Source: an uncultured Prevotella sp.
GTDB lineage: Bacteria > Bacteroidota > Bacteroidia > Bacteroidales > Bacteroidaceae
Direction of reading: 5' to 3'
Length of the DNA: 64,000 nucleotides
Assembly (NCBI RefSeq): GCF_946407605.1
Contig: NZ_CAMJOS010000016.1
Coordinates: 20,800-84,799 of the forward strand
Part shown: positions 1 to 9,949 of the stretch, piece after piece
Numbering within the stretch: position 1 is the first letter of the stretch
Layout: the number at the start of each line of letters is the position of its first letter
Program-made: the position numbers and the translations under genes
Notes under the pieces: model-generated
What the model saw: the letters and a program-made list of their open reading frames with translations, nothing else
What the model was told of the DNA's origin: nothing
The model's database searches: none

Positions 1-2
1 CC

Positions 3-512
3 TTTCAGCAGAGGGGCGTGTTTGCCGACCTGGAGTCAGGACGCATCGGCAAAGAGGAGTTCCGACAGGAGATGTGCCGACTGATAGGCCATGAGGTCAC
101 CATGCAGGAGTGCTACGATGCCTGGCACGGCTATGTGGACCACGTACCGCAGCGGAACCTCGATATGCTGCTGCGCCTGCGACAGAAGGGTTATAAGGTG
201 TGCCTGCTGTCAAATACCAATCCCTTTATGACCATGTGGACGGAAAGTCCTGCCTTCGACGGCCACGGCCATCCCATGAGTCATTACTTCGACCACCTGT
301 ACCTGAGCTACGAATGTGGTGTGATGAAACCCTCGCCCGCCATCTTCCACATGATGCTCGAAGGTCAGGATGCCCTGCCCGAAGAGACGCTCTTCATCGA
401 CGACAGTCCCACGAACGTCCAGACGGCCCAGACCATTGGCATACATACACTCTGCCCCCAGAACAACGAGGACTGGACGCTGTTTCCCGAGATTCAAGAG
501 CTGAAAAGATGA
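3..512 (+). CDS. HAD-superfamily hydrolase, 5' end outside the window
   Basis: The frame is open from nt 3, and the listed ORF start at 18 is an internal GTG. LLSNTNP and FIDDSPTNV resemble HAD motifs II and III/IV. Confidence 0.75.
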   Translation, partial: FQQRGVFADLESGRIGKEEFRQEMCRLIGHEVTMQECYDAWHGYVDHVPQRNLDMLLRLRQKGYKVCLLSNTNPFMTMWTESPAFDGHGHPMSHYFDHLYLSYECGVMKPSPAIFHMMLEGQDALPEETLFIDDSPTNVQTAQTIGIHTLCPQNNEDWTLFPEIQELKR

Positions 513-597
513 TGTCTCTAACGGCGGAACTGACGACGGAAGAGGGACGAGGAGATGATTTTTCGAATGATTATTTGGTGACATGGAATTTTGTTAG

Positions 598-605
598 TAC
601 CTTTG
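598..605 (+). promoter_or_regulatory. Bacteroidetes -7 box TAccTTTG (cca), with TTTG at 574-577 as the -33 element
   Basis: Matches the TAnnTTTG consensus, and the -33 TTTG lies 20 nt upstream. Confidence 0.55.
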
Positions 606-627
606 CAGTCCAAAGAAAGAATGAGGC

Positions 628-2130
628 ATGAAGTTATATTCTGACGAAGAGCTGGCAGAGATACTGGACCAGGAGATTTTCCATCAAATCAGCGAGGCAG
701 CCGACAGGCTGGGGCTGGAATGCTATGTCGTGGGCGGTTATGTGCGCGACATCTTCTTGGAACGTCCCTCTGACGACATCGACGTGGTGGTGGTGGGTAG
801 CGGCATCGCAGTGGCCAAAGAGTTGAAGCGGATGCTGGGACACAAAGCCCATCTGGCTGTGTTCAAGAACTTCGGTACGGCACAAGTTAAATTATTGAGG
901 AAAGAGGAAAGTGGAAAGAGGAAAGAGGATAGTGAAAAGTGGATGGAAGTAGAGTTCGTGGGTGCCAGGAAGGAGAGCTATAGTCATGACTCGCGCAAGC
1001 CTATTGTTGAAAATGGTACGCTAGAAGACGACCAGAACCGTCGCGACTTTACTATCAACGCGATGGCTATCTGTCTGAATAAGAACAGGTTCGGTGAGTT
1101 GGTGGACCCCTTCAACGGACTGGCCGATCTGGATGACGGCATCATAGCCACACCCTTGGAGCCAGGCATCACCTTCAGCGACGACCCGCTGCGCATGATG
1201 CGCTGCATACGCTTTGCCACCCAGCTGAACTTCGAGATAGAATCTGAGACCTTCGAGGCGCTGGAACGCATGGCCGACCGCATCAAGATAGTGAGTGGTG
1301 AGCGTATTGAGGTGGAACTGAATAAAATCATGATGGCACCGCACCCCAGCAAGGGTTTTGTAGACCTGCAGCGCTGCGGTCTGCTGAATATCATCCTGCC
1401 AGAACTGGCTGCCCTCGACATTGTGGAACAGAAGAACGGCAGGGCACACAAGAACAATTTCTACCATACGCTCGAAGTGCTGGAAAACGTCTGTGCGAAG
1501 GACAATGGAAATCTCTGGCTGCGTTGGGCATCGCTGCTCCACGACATAGGAAAGACGAAGACCAAGCGCTGGGACCCTGCCATAGGCTGGACTTTCCATA
1601 ACCATAATTATATTGGGGCGAAGATGGTGCCCGAGATTTTCAGGCGACTGAAACTGCCGCTGGGCAGCGAGATGAAATACGTGCAGAAGCTGGTGGACCT
1701 GCACATGAGGCCGCAGGTGATTGCCGACAGCGAGGTGACCGACTCGGCCGTGCGCCGTCTGCTGAACGATGCTGGCGATGATATCAACGACCTGATGACG
1801 CTCTGCGAGGCTGATATCACCTCGAAGAACGAAGGACGCAAAAAAATGTTCCTGGAGAACTTTCGCATGGTGCGCGAAAAGCTGGCCGACCTGCAGGAGA
1901 AGGACTATAAGCGACTGCTGCAGCCCGTAATCGATGGTAATGAGATAATGGAGATGTTCCACCTGAAGCCCTCGCGCGAGGTGGGTGCCCTGAAGCAGTA
2001 CCTGAAGGATGCGGTACTGGACAATAAGGTGGAGAACGAACGCGAACCCCTGATGCAACTGCTGATGGAAAAAGCAAAGCAGATGGGGCTTGTCAAAATT
2101 GAGAATTGGGAATTGAGAATTGAAAATTGA
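628..2130 (+). CDS. cca: CCA tRNA nucleotidyltransferase / poly(A) polymerase-family protein with HD domain
   Basis: ATG at 628. It has a GGYVRD...DIDVVV nucleotidyltransferase signature, RRDFTINA, and an HD region (LLHDIGK). 500 aa. Confidence 0.85.
   Translation: MKLYSDEELAEILDQEIFHQISEAADRLGLECYVVGGYVRDIFLERPSDDIDVVVVGSGIAVAKELKRMLGHKAHLAVFKNFGTAQVKLLRKEESGKRKEDSEKWMEVEFVGARKESYSHDSRKPIVENGTLEDDQNRRDFTINAMAICLNKNRFGELVDPFNGLADLDDGIIATPLEPGITFSDDPLRMMRCIRFATQLNFEIESETFEALERMADRIKIVSGERIEVELNKIMMAPHPSKGFVDLQRCGLLNIILPELAALDIVEQKNGRAHKNNFYHTLEVLENVCAKDNGNLWLRWASLLHDIGKTKTKRWDPAIGWTFHNHNYIGAKMVPEIFRRLKLPLGSEMKYVQKLVDLHMRPQVIADSEVTDSAVRRLLNDAGDDINDLMTLCEADITSKNEGRKKMFLENFRMVREKLADLQEKDYKRLLQPVIDGNEIMEMFHLKPSREVGALKQYLKDAVLDNKVENEREPLMQLLMEKAKQMGLVKIENWELRIEN
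897..945 (+). repeat. Heptamer array, 7 x GWGGAAA-like, inside the cca coding sequence
   Basis: gaggaaa gaggaaa gtggaaa gaggaaa gaggata gtgaaaa gtggatg. Confidence 0.85.
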
Positions 2131-2134
2131 GAAT
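2097..2134 (+). repeat. Heptamer array, 5.4 x AATTGAG, across the cca stop and up to the LRR gene start
   Basis: aattgag aattggg aattgag aattgaa aattgag aat. The stop TGA is at 2128-2130 and the next ATG is at 2137. Confidence 0.9.
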
Positions 2135-2136
2135 AT

Positions 2137-3102
2137 ATGGAGAATCAAACACCGTTTTACAAGCAGATTTGGTTTCTGGGTGGCGTGGCTGCCCTCGTCA
2201 TTTTCGTGTTGTGCTTTCTGGGCATCAACTATGTGAGTCAGCCTGACAGTGATGAAGGGCCCGATGTGGAGGAGGAGCAGATTGCTACCCTCGAGAGCAA
2301 CGAACCCCTGATTATGATTGCCCGTGCGCAGGGCTGGATAGAGCCCGACGCTACGGAGATGACCAGCATCGACGCTGCTGCCGTGGACAGCTTGGGCGAG
2401 GCTTTCGTGAAGAGTAACATCAAGAGCTTCAAGGAGTTTCGCTATTTCGTGGGGCTAAAGGAAATCAAGAGTGGCGCCTTTGCCCATGCTGATCAGTTAA
2501 TGGAAATAGTGATTCCATCGCAGGTGGTGACCATCGAGGATGGCGCCCTGGCCTATTGTCCTGCCTTGGAGTCGATAGCTGTGGATACCGCCAACGCACA
2601 CTATGACTCACGTGGCGACTGCAATGGCATTGTATGCACCTGGAAAGGCAAGCTGATGCTGGTGGCTGGTTGTAAGAACACCAAGATGAGCGACAACATG
2701 CGCTACATTGCTCCGCAGGCCTTCAAGGGATGTACGTCGCTGACGAAAATAGTGTTCCCAGAGCGTATGGAATCTATTGGTGCTGAGGCCTTTATGGACT
2801 GCACGGCCCTGAAGGAGGTGGAGATTCCGCAGGGTGTGCGCTTCGTGGAAGAGGGCACCTTTATGGGCTGTAAGTCGCTGACCCAGGTGACGCTGCCCAA
2901 GAGCATAGAGCGTCTGCATCAGGATGCTTTCAAGGGCTGCTCTTCGCTGGTCACGATCATTTGTCCTAAGAAATACACGCCCGTCATTGAGAATGCCTTT
3001 GACAACTATAACGCCACGGTGAGAGTGCCTAAAGGGTTGGAGAATAAATACTTCTCTGACAAATACTGGAAGTATTTCAAGGACGTCAGAGAGATGGAAT
3101 AA
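2137..3102 (+). CDS. BspA-type leucine-rich-repeat (LRR_5-like) membrane-anchored surface protein
   Basis: N-terminal hydrophobic anchor (IWFLGGVAALVIFVLCFLGI). Repeated F.GC.SL..I.iP..v..Ig..AF units follow. Confidence 0.8.
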   Translation: MENQTPFYKQIWFLGGVAALVIFVLCFLGINYVSQPDSDEGPDVEEEQIATLESNEPLIMIARAQGWIEPDATEMTSIDAAAVDSLGEAFVKSNIKSFKEFRYFVGLKEIKSGAFAHADQLMEIVIPSQVVTIEDGALAYCPALESIAVDTANAHYDSRGDCNGIVCTWKGKLMLVAGCKNTKMSDNMRYIAPQAFKGCTSLTKIVFPERMESIGAEAFMDCTALKEVEIPQGVRFVEEGTFMGCKSLTQVTLPKSIERLHQDAFKGCSSLVTIICPKKYTPVIENAFDNYNATVRVPKGLENKYFSDKYWKYFKDVREME

Positions 3103-3116
3103 TATTAATAAACTGT

Positions 3117-3156
3117 AAAAAAGAGGTGGAAGTAAGGTGACTTTCACCTCTTTTTT
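3117..3156 (+). terminator. Rho-independent terminator after the LRR gene
   Basis: AAAAAAGAGGTG...CACCTCTTTTTT hairpin with a T tract, 15 nt after the stop. Confidence 0.7.
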
Positions 3157-3157
3157 G

Positions 3158-3165
3158 TATCTTTG
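3158..3165 (+). promoter_or_regulatory. -7 box TAtcTTTG upstream of the RND operon
   Basis: Consensus match 76 nt before the adaptor ATG, directly after the preceding terminator. Confidence 0.5.
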
Positions 3166-3240
3166 CAGTCAGAAAACCGGGCAAGCGTACTTGGTTTTCA
3201 GCATAGAATGAAATTTATATATAAATTTAAGTTTTGAAAT

Positions 3241-4416
3241 ATGAAGAAAAAATCAATGCTTTTGGTTGCATTTGTTGCAACCGTGCTGATGTCGTGCGGT
3301 GGAGGCGGTGGCCGTCCTACCTTTGGCGACAATGAGTATCCTGTGGAGGCTGTAGCCACTCAGAGCGCAGCCCTGCAGAGCACGTATCCTGCCACTATCA
3401 ATGGTATTCAGGATGTGGAGATACGTCCGAAAGTACAGGGATTCCTGACACAGATTAACGTGACTGAGGGTCAGACTGTCAGCGCAGGTCAGGTGCTCTT
3501 CGTGATTGACAACGAGACCTATCAGGCTCAGGTGCGTCAGGCTCAGGCTGCCGTGAATACGGCACAGAGCGCCGTGAACACCGCCAAGCTGACGTTTGAG
3601 AACACCAAGCAGTTGCACGAGAACCGCGTGGTGGGTGACTATGAGCTGCAGACTGCAGAGAACAGCTACCTCAGCGCTCAGGCACAGCTGGCTCAGGCAC
3701 AGGCTGCCCTGGCTTCTGCCAAGGAGGCGCTGAGCTTCTGCTATGTGAAGAGTCCTGCCGCTGGTGTTGTGGGCACGCTGCCTTTTAAGAAGGGTGCGCT
3801 GGTGAGCGCCTCTAACGTGCTGACCCATGTGTCGGATATCAGCAAGATGGAGGTGTACTTCTCGATGACCGAGAAGGACATGCTGACCATGTCGCAGAAC
3901 GAAGGTGGTCTGCGTGGTGCCATCGACGCCTTCCCCGCTGTGAAGCTGGAACTGGCAGACGGCAGTATCTATGCCCACGAAGGTAAGGTTGTGGCCATGA
4001 GTGGTGTGATAGACCGTTCTACCGGCTCTGTACAGCTGAAGGCTCACTTCCCCAACCCCGAGAAGCTGCTGAAGAGCGGCGGCTCTGGTACTATTATCAT
4101 TCCGCGTTCTGCCGATGCCGTTATCGTTATCCCGCAGCGTGTGGTGATGGAGGTGCAGAACAAGAAGTTCGTCTATGTGCTGAAGGACAGCAACAGGGTG
4201 GCCTACACAGAGATTACTGTTAATCCCCAGAACGATGGCGTGAACTACATCGTGACCAGTGGCCTGAATGTTGGCGACAAGTATGTGACTAACGGCATCA
4301 CCAAGTTGAGCGACAACATGGAGATTGTGCCTATCACACCCCAGCGCTATCAGGAGAAGATTGATGAGCAGGCCAAGTCAATGACTGCCAGCGATATCGT
4401 GAATGCGATGAAATAA
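3241..4416 (+). CDS. RND efflux periplasmic adaptor (membrane fusion) lipoprotein
   Basis: Lipoprotein signal (LMSCGG), a coiled-coil hairpin (AQVRQAQAAVNTAQSAVNTAKL), and a position directly upstream of the RND pump. Confidence 0.9.
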   Translation: MKKKSMLLVAFVATVLMSCGGGGGRPTFGDNEYPVEAVATQSAALQSTYPATINGIQDVEIRPKVQGFLTQINVTEGQTVSAGQVLFVIDNETYQAQVRQAQAAVNTAQSAVNTAKLTFENTKQLHENRVVGDYELQTAENSYLSAQAQLAQAQAALASAKEALSFCYVKSPAAGVVGTLPFKKGALVSASNVLTHVSDISKMEVYFSMTEKDMLTMSQNEGGLRGAIDAFPAVKLELADGSIYAHEGKVVAMSGVIDRSTGSVQLKAHFPNPEKLLKSGGSGTIIIPRSADAVIVIPQRVVMEVQNKKFVYVLKDSNRVAYTEITVNPQNDGVNYIVTSGLNVGDKYVTNGITKLSDNMEIVPITPQRYQEKIDEQAKSMTASDIVNAMK

Positions 4417-4445
4417 CAGAAAAAGAAACAGTAAAAAGGTAAAAT

Positions 4446-7400
4446 ATGACTTTTACGAATTTTATCAAGCGCCCAGTGCTGTCGACGGTGATCTCTATCC
4501 TCATCGTCATCCTGGGTGTCATCGGACTGTTCAGCCTGCCTATTGAGCAGTATCCCGATATAGCACCGCCTACTGTTGTGGTGTGGACCAGCTATCCTGG
4601 TGCCGATGCCGAGACGGTGAAGAACTCGGTCATCACGCCGCTGGAAGAGAGTATCAACGGTGTGGAAGGCATGGACTATATCTCGTCAACGGCAGGTGCC
4701 GGCTCGGCTCAGATCAGTATCCTGTTCCGTCAGGGCATGAATGCCGATATGTGTGCTGTGAACGTTCAGAACCGTGTGCAGCAGGCACTGGCTTTGCTGC
4801 CTGCCGAGGTAACACGTATCGGTGTGACGGTGATGAAGCGTCAGACCTCACAGGTGCTGATGTTCACTCTGACCTCTGACGGCCGCTACGATGATGAGTT
4901 CCTGACAAACTACAACAACATCAATATCATCCCTGCCATCAAGCGTATTCAGGGTGTGGGTGATGTGCAGAGCCCTGGTTTGAAAACCTATGCCATGCGT
5001 ATCTGGCTCAAGCCTGATGTGATGAAGCAGTACAACCTGATGCCTTCAGACATCAGCGCTGTGCTGGCCGAGCAGAATATCGAGGCTGCTCCTGGTAACT
5101 TTGGTGAGCAGAGTGATGTGGCTTATGAGTATGCCATGCGCTATACCGGTCGTCTGAAGTCAGCTGAGGAGTTTGGCAATATCATCATCAGCAGCAATGC
5201 TGACGGTCAGACCCTCAAGCTGAAGGATGTTGCAGACATCGAACTGGGCGGACAGCAGTACACCGTGTCGATGAAGAACAACAACTTGCCCTCTGTGCTG
5301 GGTATGGTGCAGCAGATTGCGGGTTCTAACGCCAACGAGATTGCCAAGCAGGTGAAAGCCGAACTGAAAGAGCAGGCAAAGTTGTTCCCCCCGGGCATGA
5401 CCTATAAAATTAACTACGACGTTACCGAGTTCCTGTATGCCTCTATCGAGGAGGTTATCTTCACGCTGTTCTTCACCTTGATTCTGGTGTTCATCGTGAT
5501 CTACGTATTCCTGCAGGACTGGCGTTCTACGCTTATCCCGTTGATTGCCGTGCCGGTGTCACTTATCGGTACGTTCTTCTTCCTCAGCGTGATGGGCTTC
5601 TCCATCAACCTGCTGACGCTATCGGCATTGCTGCTGGCCATCGCCATTGTGGTGGACGATGCCATCGTGGTGGTGGAGGCCGTACATGCGAAGTTGGACC
5701 AGGGCTATAAGAGCGCATTGACAGCCTCTATCGATGCCATGAATGAGATCTCGGGTGCTATCATCTCCATCACACTCGTGATGGCTTCGGTGTTCATCCC
5801 CGTGTCGTTCATCGGTGGCACCAGCGGTACGTTCTACCGTGAGTTCGGTGTGACGATGGCTGTCTCTATCTTTATCTCGGCACTGAACGCCTTGACGCTG
5901 TCTCCTGCCCTTTGTGCCATCTTCCTGAAGCCGCATCATAAGGACGGTGAGAAGCCGCTGAGTCGTATAGACCGTATGCACTTGGCTTTCAACACCTCTT
6001 ATAATAAGATACTGGGAAAGTACAAGAACAGTATTGAGAAGACTGTTCGTAAGCCTCTGGTAATCCTGTTGGCAGTGATTATTGGTATCTCGGCTTTGGT
6101 AGGTACGATGCTTACCACCAAGACTGGTCTGGTGCCCAGCGAGGATACCGGAACCATCTTCTGTACCATCTCGATGCCGCCTGCCACCTCTGTGGCCCGC
6201 ACCCGTCAGATTATCAATCAGGTGGACTCTATTCTGGCTGCCGACCCCGCAATACAGAGCCGTGAGCAGATTCAGGGTTATAACTTCATTGCAGGTTCGG
6301 GCTCTGACCAGGCTACCTTCATCATCAAGCTGAAGCCCTTCTCAGAGCGTCAGAAAGGATTCTGGTGGAAGCTCTCCGGTCTGTGGGAAGGCGATGGTAT
6401 CTATCGCTTCCTCATCAACCCACTGGATGCCAACATGGTGATTGCACAGATCTTTATCAAGACGGCTCACATCAAGGATGCCTCTATCCTGGCCTTCTCG
6501 CCCCCAATGATTCCTGGTTTCTCTGCCAGCAGCGGTATCTCGCTGGTGATGCAGGACCGTACTGGTGGTGACCTGAACCGTTTCTTCGGTATTGTGACGG
6601 ACTATATCGCAGAACTGAACAAACGTCCTGAGATTCAGATGGCACAGACCTCCTACAACCCGTCATATCCGCAGTATATGATTCATGTCGATGTGCCTAA
6701 GTGTAAGCAGGTAGGTGTTTCTCCTTCTACGATACTTAGCACCCTGCAGGGTTATTATGGTGGCTTGTATGCCTCTAACTTCAATGCCTACGGAAAACTG
6801 TTCCGTGTGATGATTCAGGGTTCGCCTGATACACGTATGACTGAGGAGTCGCTCAACAGCATCTTCGTACGTACGCCGGCTGGCATGTCGCCAGTGAAGG
6901 AGTTCTGCCACTTGGAGCGTGTCTATGGTCCTTCGAACATCAACCGCTTCAACCTGTTCACATCTATTAATGTGACGGCTACGGTGGCCGATGGCTACTC
7001 GTCTGGTGAGGCTATTGCAGCTTGTCAGGAAGTGGCTTCTGCCATACTGCCCACAGGTTATACCTACGACTATCAAGGTCTGACACGTGAGGAGGCCAAG
7101 GCCAGCAACACCACATGGATTATCTTCCTGTTGTGTTTCATCTTCATCTATCTGATTCTGTCGGCACAGTATGAGTCGTACATTCTGCCGTTGTGTGTGG
7201 TACTCTCAGTACCCTTCGGATTGGCAGGCTGCTTCGGATTCACGGCATTGTTCGGACACTCGAACGATATCTACATGCAGATCTCGCTCATCATGCTGAT
7301 TGGTCTGTTGGCCAAGAACGCCATCCTGATTGTACAGTTCGCACTGGAGCGCCGCCAGACAGGTATGGCAGTCTCATGGTCGGCTGTGTTGGGTGCCGCA

Positions 7401-7700
7401 GCTCGTCTGCGTCCTATCCTCATGACGTCACTGGCCATGGTTGTAGGTCTGCTGCCAATGATGTTTGCCTCTGGTGTTGGTAAGAATGGTAACCAGACGC
7501 TGGGTGCCGCTGCCGTTGGTGGTATGTTGATTGGTACGCTGTGCCAGATCTTCGTAGTGCCTGCTCTGTTTGTCATGTTCCAGAGTCTGCAGGAGAAGTT
7601 CCGTCCTATGAAGTTCGAGGGCGACGAGGAGAATCCTGATGTGACTACAGAGTTGCAGCAATATGCAAAGCGTCCCGTAGAATATGAATTGGAAAAATAA
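4446..7700 (+). CDS. RND multidrug efflux permease (AcrB/MexB family)
   Basis: 1084 aa with a 12-TM plus two large loops layout. The N-terminus is typical of the AcrB family (FIKRPVLSTVISILIVILG). Confidence 0.95.
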   Translation: MTFTNFIKRPVLSTVISILIVILGVIGLFSLPIEQYPDIAPPTVVVWTSYPGADAETVKNSVITPLEESINGVEGMDYISSTAGAGSAQISILFRQGMNADMCAVNVQNRVQQALALLPAEVTRIGVTVMKRQTSQVLMFTLTSDGRYDDEFLTNYNNINIIPAIKRIQGVGDVQSPGLKTYAMRIWLKPDVMKQYNLMPSDISAVLAEQNIEAAPGNFGEQSDVAYEYAMRYTGRLKSAEEFGNIIISSNADGQTLKLKDVADIELGGQQYTVSMKNNNLPSVLGMVQQIAGSNANEIAKQVKAELKEQAKLFPPGMTYKINYDVTEFLYASIEEVIFTLFFTLILVFIVIYVFLQDWRSTLIPLIAVPVSLIGTFFFLSVMGFSINLLTLSALLLAIAIVVDDAIVVVEAVHAKLDQGYKSALTASIDAMNEISGAIISITLVMASVFIPVSFIGGTSGTFYREFGVTMAVSIFISALNALTLSPALCAIFLKPHHKDGEKPLSRIDRMHLAFNTSYNKILGKYKNSIEKTVRKPLVILLAVIIGISALVGTMLTTKTGLVPSEDTGTIFCTISMPPATSVARTRQIINQVDSILAADPAIQSREQIQGYNFIAGSGSDQATFIIKLKPFSERQKGFWWKLSGLWEGDGIYRFLINPLDANMVIAQIFIKTAHIKDASILAFSPPMIPGFSASSGISLVMQDRTGGDLNRFFGIVTDYIAELNKRPEIQMAQTSYNPSYPQYMIHVDVPKCKQVGVSPSTILSTLQGYYGGLYASNFNAYGKLFRVMIQGSPDTRMTEESLNSIFVRTPAGMSPVKEFCHLERVYGPSNINRFNLFTSINVTATVADGYSSGEAIAACQEVASAILPTGYTYDYQGLTREEAKASNTTWIIFLLCFIFIYLILSAQYESYILPLCVVLSVPFGLAGCFGFTALFGHSNDIYMQISLIMLIGLLAKNAILIVQFALERRQTGMAVSWSAVLGAAARLRPILMTSLAMVVGLLPMMFASGVGKNGNQTLGAAAVGGMLIGTLCQIFVVPALFVMFQSLQEKFRPMKFEGDEENPDVTTELQQYAKRPVEYELEK

Positions 7701-7704
7701 GGAT

Positions 7705-9090
7705 ATGAAGAAGATTATGACTATAGCCGTATGCTCGCTGATGTTGGCGAGCTGCGGCCTCTACAACAAATACGAGCGTCCTGATGTGAACACTCAGGGA
7801 CTGGTGCGCGACATCCAGAACGATGGCGACACCCTGGCTGTGAACACTGACGAGAACTTCGGTAACCTGCCTTGGCGCGAGGTGTTCACAGACCCCCAGC
7901 TGCAGGCACTTATCGAGCAGGCTCTTGAAAACAATGTCGACCTGCGTAATGCTGCCCTCAACGTGAAGATGATGGAGACGGCACTGACTTGTGCTAAGCT
8001 GGCTTTCCTGCCCTCTGTGGCTTTTGCCCCTCAGGGTACTATCAGTCAGGTGCAGATGGATGGAGCCTCTGTATCACGTACCTATCAGTTGCCCATCGCT
8101 GCCACATGGAACGTTGACCTCTTTGGCAACCTGCTCTCGCAGAAGCGCTCTGCACAGATGAAGCTGCTGGCCACCAAGGATTATCAGGTGGTGGTGCAGA
8201 CCAATATCATCTGTGGCGTGGCAAACCTCTATTACACGCTGATGATGCTCGACGAGCAACTGGCTATCGTTACCGATATGGAGCAGCTGACCAAGGAGAC
8301 ATGGGAGATGATGCAGTTGCAGATGCAGCTGGGTCGTGCCCGTTCTACCAGTGTGCAGACGGCTGAGGCTAACTATTACAGCGTGCAAGCCAAGAAGGCT
8401 GATTTGAAGCGTCAGATTCGCGAGATGGAGAACTCTATGTCGCTGCTGCTCAACGAGCCTGGTCATCAGATTGCTCGTGGCCAGTTCTACAACCAGAACC
8501 TGCCCACGGAGTTCTCTACTGGCGTAGGCATCCAGCTGCTCTCGAACCGTGCTGATGTACATGCTGCTGAGATGGCGCTGGCTCAGTGCTACTATAACAC
8601 AGAGACCGCCCGTTCGCAGTTCTATCCGAATGTTAAGATTACTGGTACTGCTACGTTTACCAACTCGCTTGGCGGTTCTATTGTCAACCCTGGCAAGTGG
8701 ATCCTCTCGGCAGTAGGCTCGCTCACACAGCCCATCTTCCAGCATGGTCAGATTGTGGCTGGCCTGAAGGTGGCTAAGGCTCAGCAGGAGCAGGCTCTCA
8801 ACACCTTCCAGAACACCATTCTGAAGGCTGGCAATGAGGTGAGCAACGCCCTTCTGGCTTACAACACTTGCGATGAGAAGAGCAAGCTCGACGAGAAGCA
8901 GGTGGATATCTACAAGCAGACCGTCGAGGATACCAAGCTGCTCTACACCTCGAAAGGCTCTACCTATTTGGAGGTGATCCAGGCTCAGAATGGTTTACTT
9001 AATGCACGCATCTCAAAGGTCACCGATGACTTCAATAAGATGCAGGCCGTGGTGAACCTCTATCAAGCCTTGGGTGGCGGCTCTAAATAA
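7705..9090 (+). CDS. Efflux outer-membrane factor lipoprotein (NodT/TolC family)
   Basis: The ATG at 7705 gives the lipoprotein signal MKKIMTIAVCSLMLASCG. The ORF track start at 7684 would overlap the pump gene by 17 nt. Duplicated OEP-type helical repeats. Confidence 0.9.
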   Translation: MKKIMTIAVCSLMLASCGLYNKYERPDVNTQGLVRDIQNDGDTLAVNTDENFGNLPWREVFTDPQLQALIEQALENNVDLRNAALNVKMMETALTCAKLAFLPSVAFAPQGTISQVQMDGASVSRTYQLPIAATWNVDLFGNLLSQKRSAQMKLLATKDYQVVVQTNIICGVANLYYTLMMLDEQLAIVTDMEQLTKETWEMMQLQMQLGRARSTSVQTAEANYYSVQAKKADLKRQIREMENSMSLLLNEPGHQIARGQFYNQNLPTEFSTGVGIQLLSNRADVHAAEMALAQCYYNTETARSQFYPNVKITGTATFTNSLGGSIVNPGKWILSAVGSLTQPIFQHGQIVAGLKVAKAQQEQALNTFQNTILKAGNEVSNALLAYNTCDEKSKLDEKQVDIYKQTVEDTKLLYTSKGSTYLEVIQAQNGLLNARISKVTDDFNKMQAVVNLYQALGGGSK

Positions 9091-9165
9091 TTAGGAGTTA
9101 AGCGCTCGGCTATGCCGCTTTTACAAAGGCGGAACGCCGACTAAAAGAATTAAGAGTTAAGAATT

Positions 9166-9945
9166 ATGGCAAGCGAAATTAGTCCAAAGGCCGAAATCAG
9201 CCCCAAGGCGAAAATCGGCGACAACTGTAAGATATTCCCCTTCGTGTATATCGAGGACGACGTGGTAATTGGTGACAACTGCATCATCTTCCCCTTCGTC
9301 AGTATATTAAGTGGTACGCGTATGGGCAGTAATAATAAGGTGCACCAAGGCGCTGTCCTTGGTGCGCTGCCACAGGACTTTGACTTCCGTGGTGAGAAGT
9401 CGGAGTGCATCATTGGCAACAATAACATCATCCGCGAGAATGTGGTCATCAACCGTGCCACCCATACTGGTGGACAGACCATGATTGGCGATGAGAACGT
9501 GCTGATGGAGGGCGCCCATATCTCTCACGACACGAAGGTGGGCAACCGCTGCGTGTTTGGCTATGGTACCAAGATTGCTGGCGACTGCGAGATTCACGAT
9601 GGTGTCATCTTCTCGTCGTCAGTCATCGAGAATGCCAAGACCCGTGTGGGCCGTGGCGCCATGATTCAGGCAGGTACTACCTTCTCAAAGGATGTACCTC
9701 CCTTTATCATATGCACCAAAAAGGCAGAATATGGCGGTGTGAACTTCACCATGGCACGTGCCAATGGCATTGACGAGAAAGTGCTGAAGCATATCGCCAA
9801 CGCCTATCGTCTGGTGTTCCACGGAAAGTCATCGCTCTTCGATGATATCATCCAGATTGAAGAGCAGGTGCCTGATAGTCCTGAGGTACGGAGTATTCTT
9901 GAATTCCTCCGCGCCACACAACTGGGCATCATCGCAAAGATTTAG
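9166..9945 (+). CDS. lpxA: Acyl-ACP--UDP-N-acetylglucosamine O-acyltransferase
   Basis: Left-handed beta-helix hexapeptide repeats, an AHISHDTKVGN catalytic-His region, a C-terminal helical domain, 259 aa. Confidence 0.85.
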   Translation: MASEISPKAEISPKAKIGDNCKIFPFVYIEDDVVIGDNCIIFPFVSILSGTRMGSNNKVHQGAVLGALPQDFDFRGEKSECIIGNNNIIRENVVINRATHTGGQTMIGDENVLMEGAHISHDTKVGNRCVFGYGTKIAGDCEIHDGVIFSSSVIENAKTRVGRGAMIQAGTTFSKDVPPFIICTKKAEYGGVNFTMARANGIDEKVLKHIANAYRLVFHGKSSLFDDIIQIEEQVPDSPEVRSILEFLRATQLGIIAKI

Positions 9946-9949
9946 TGAA

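Noticed and set aside
9091-9165. An imperfect hairpin (TCGGC..CCGC / GCGG..GCCGA) flanked by GAGTTAAG-like repeats, between the efflux operon and lpxA, as a terminator.
   Set aside because: The stem is interrupted (4 + 5 bp with internal loops) and has no T tract. It is too weak to call. The flanking repeats have only 2 copies each.
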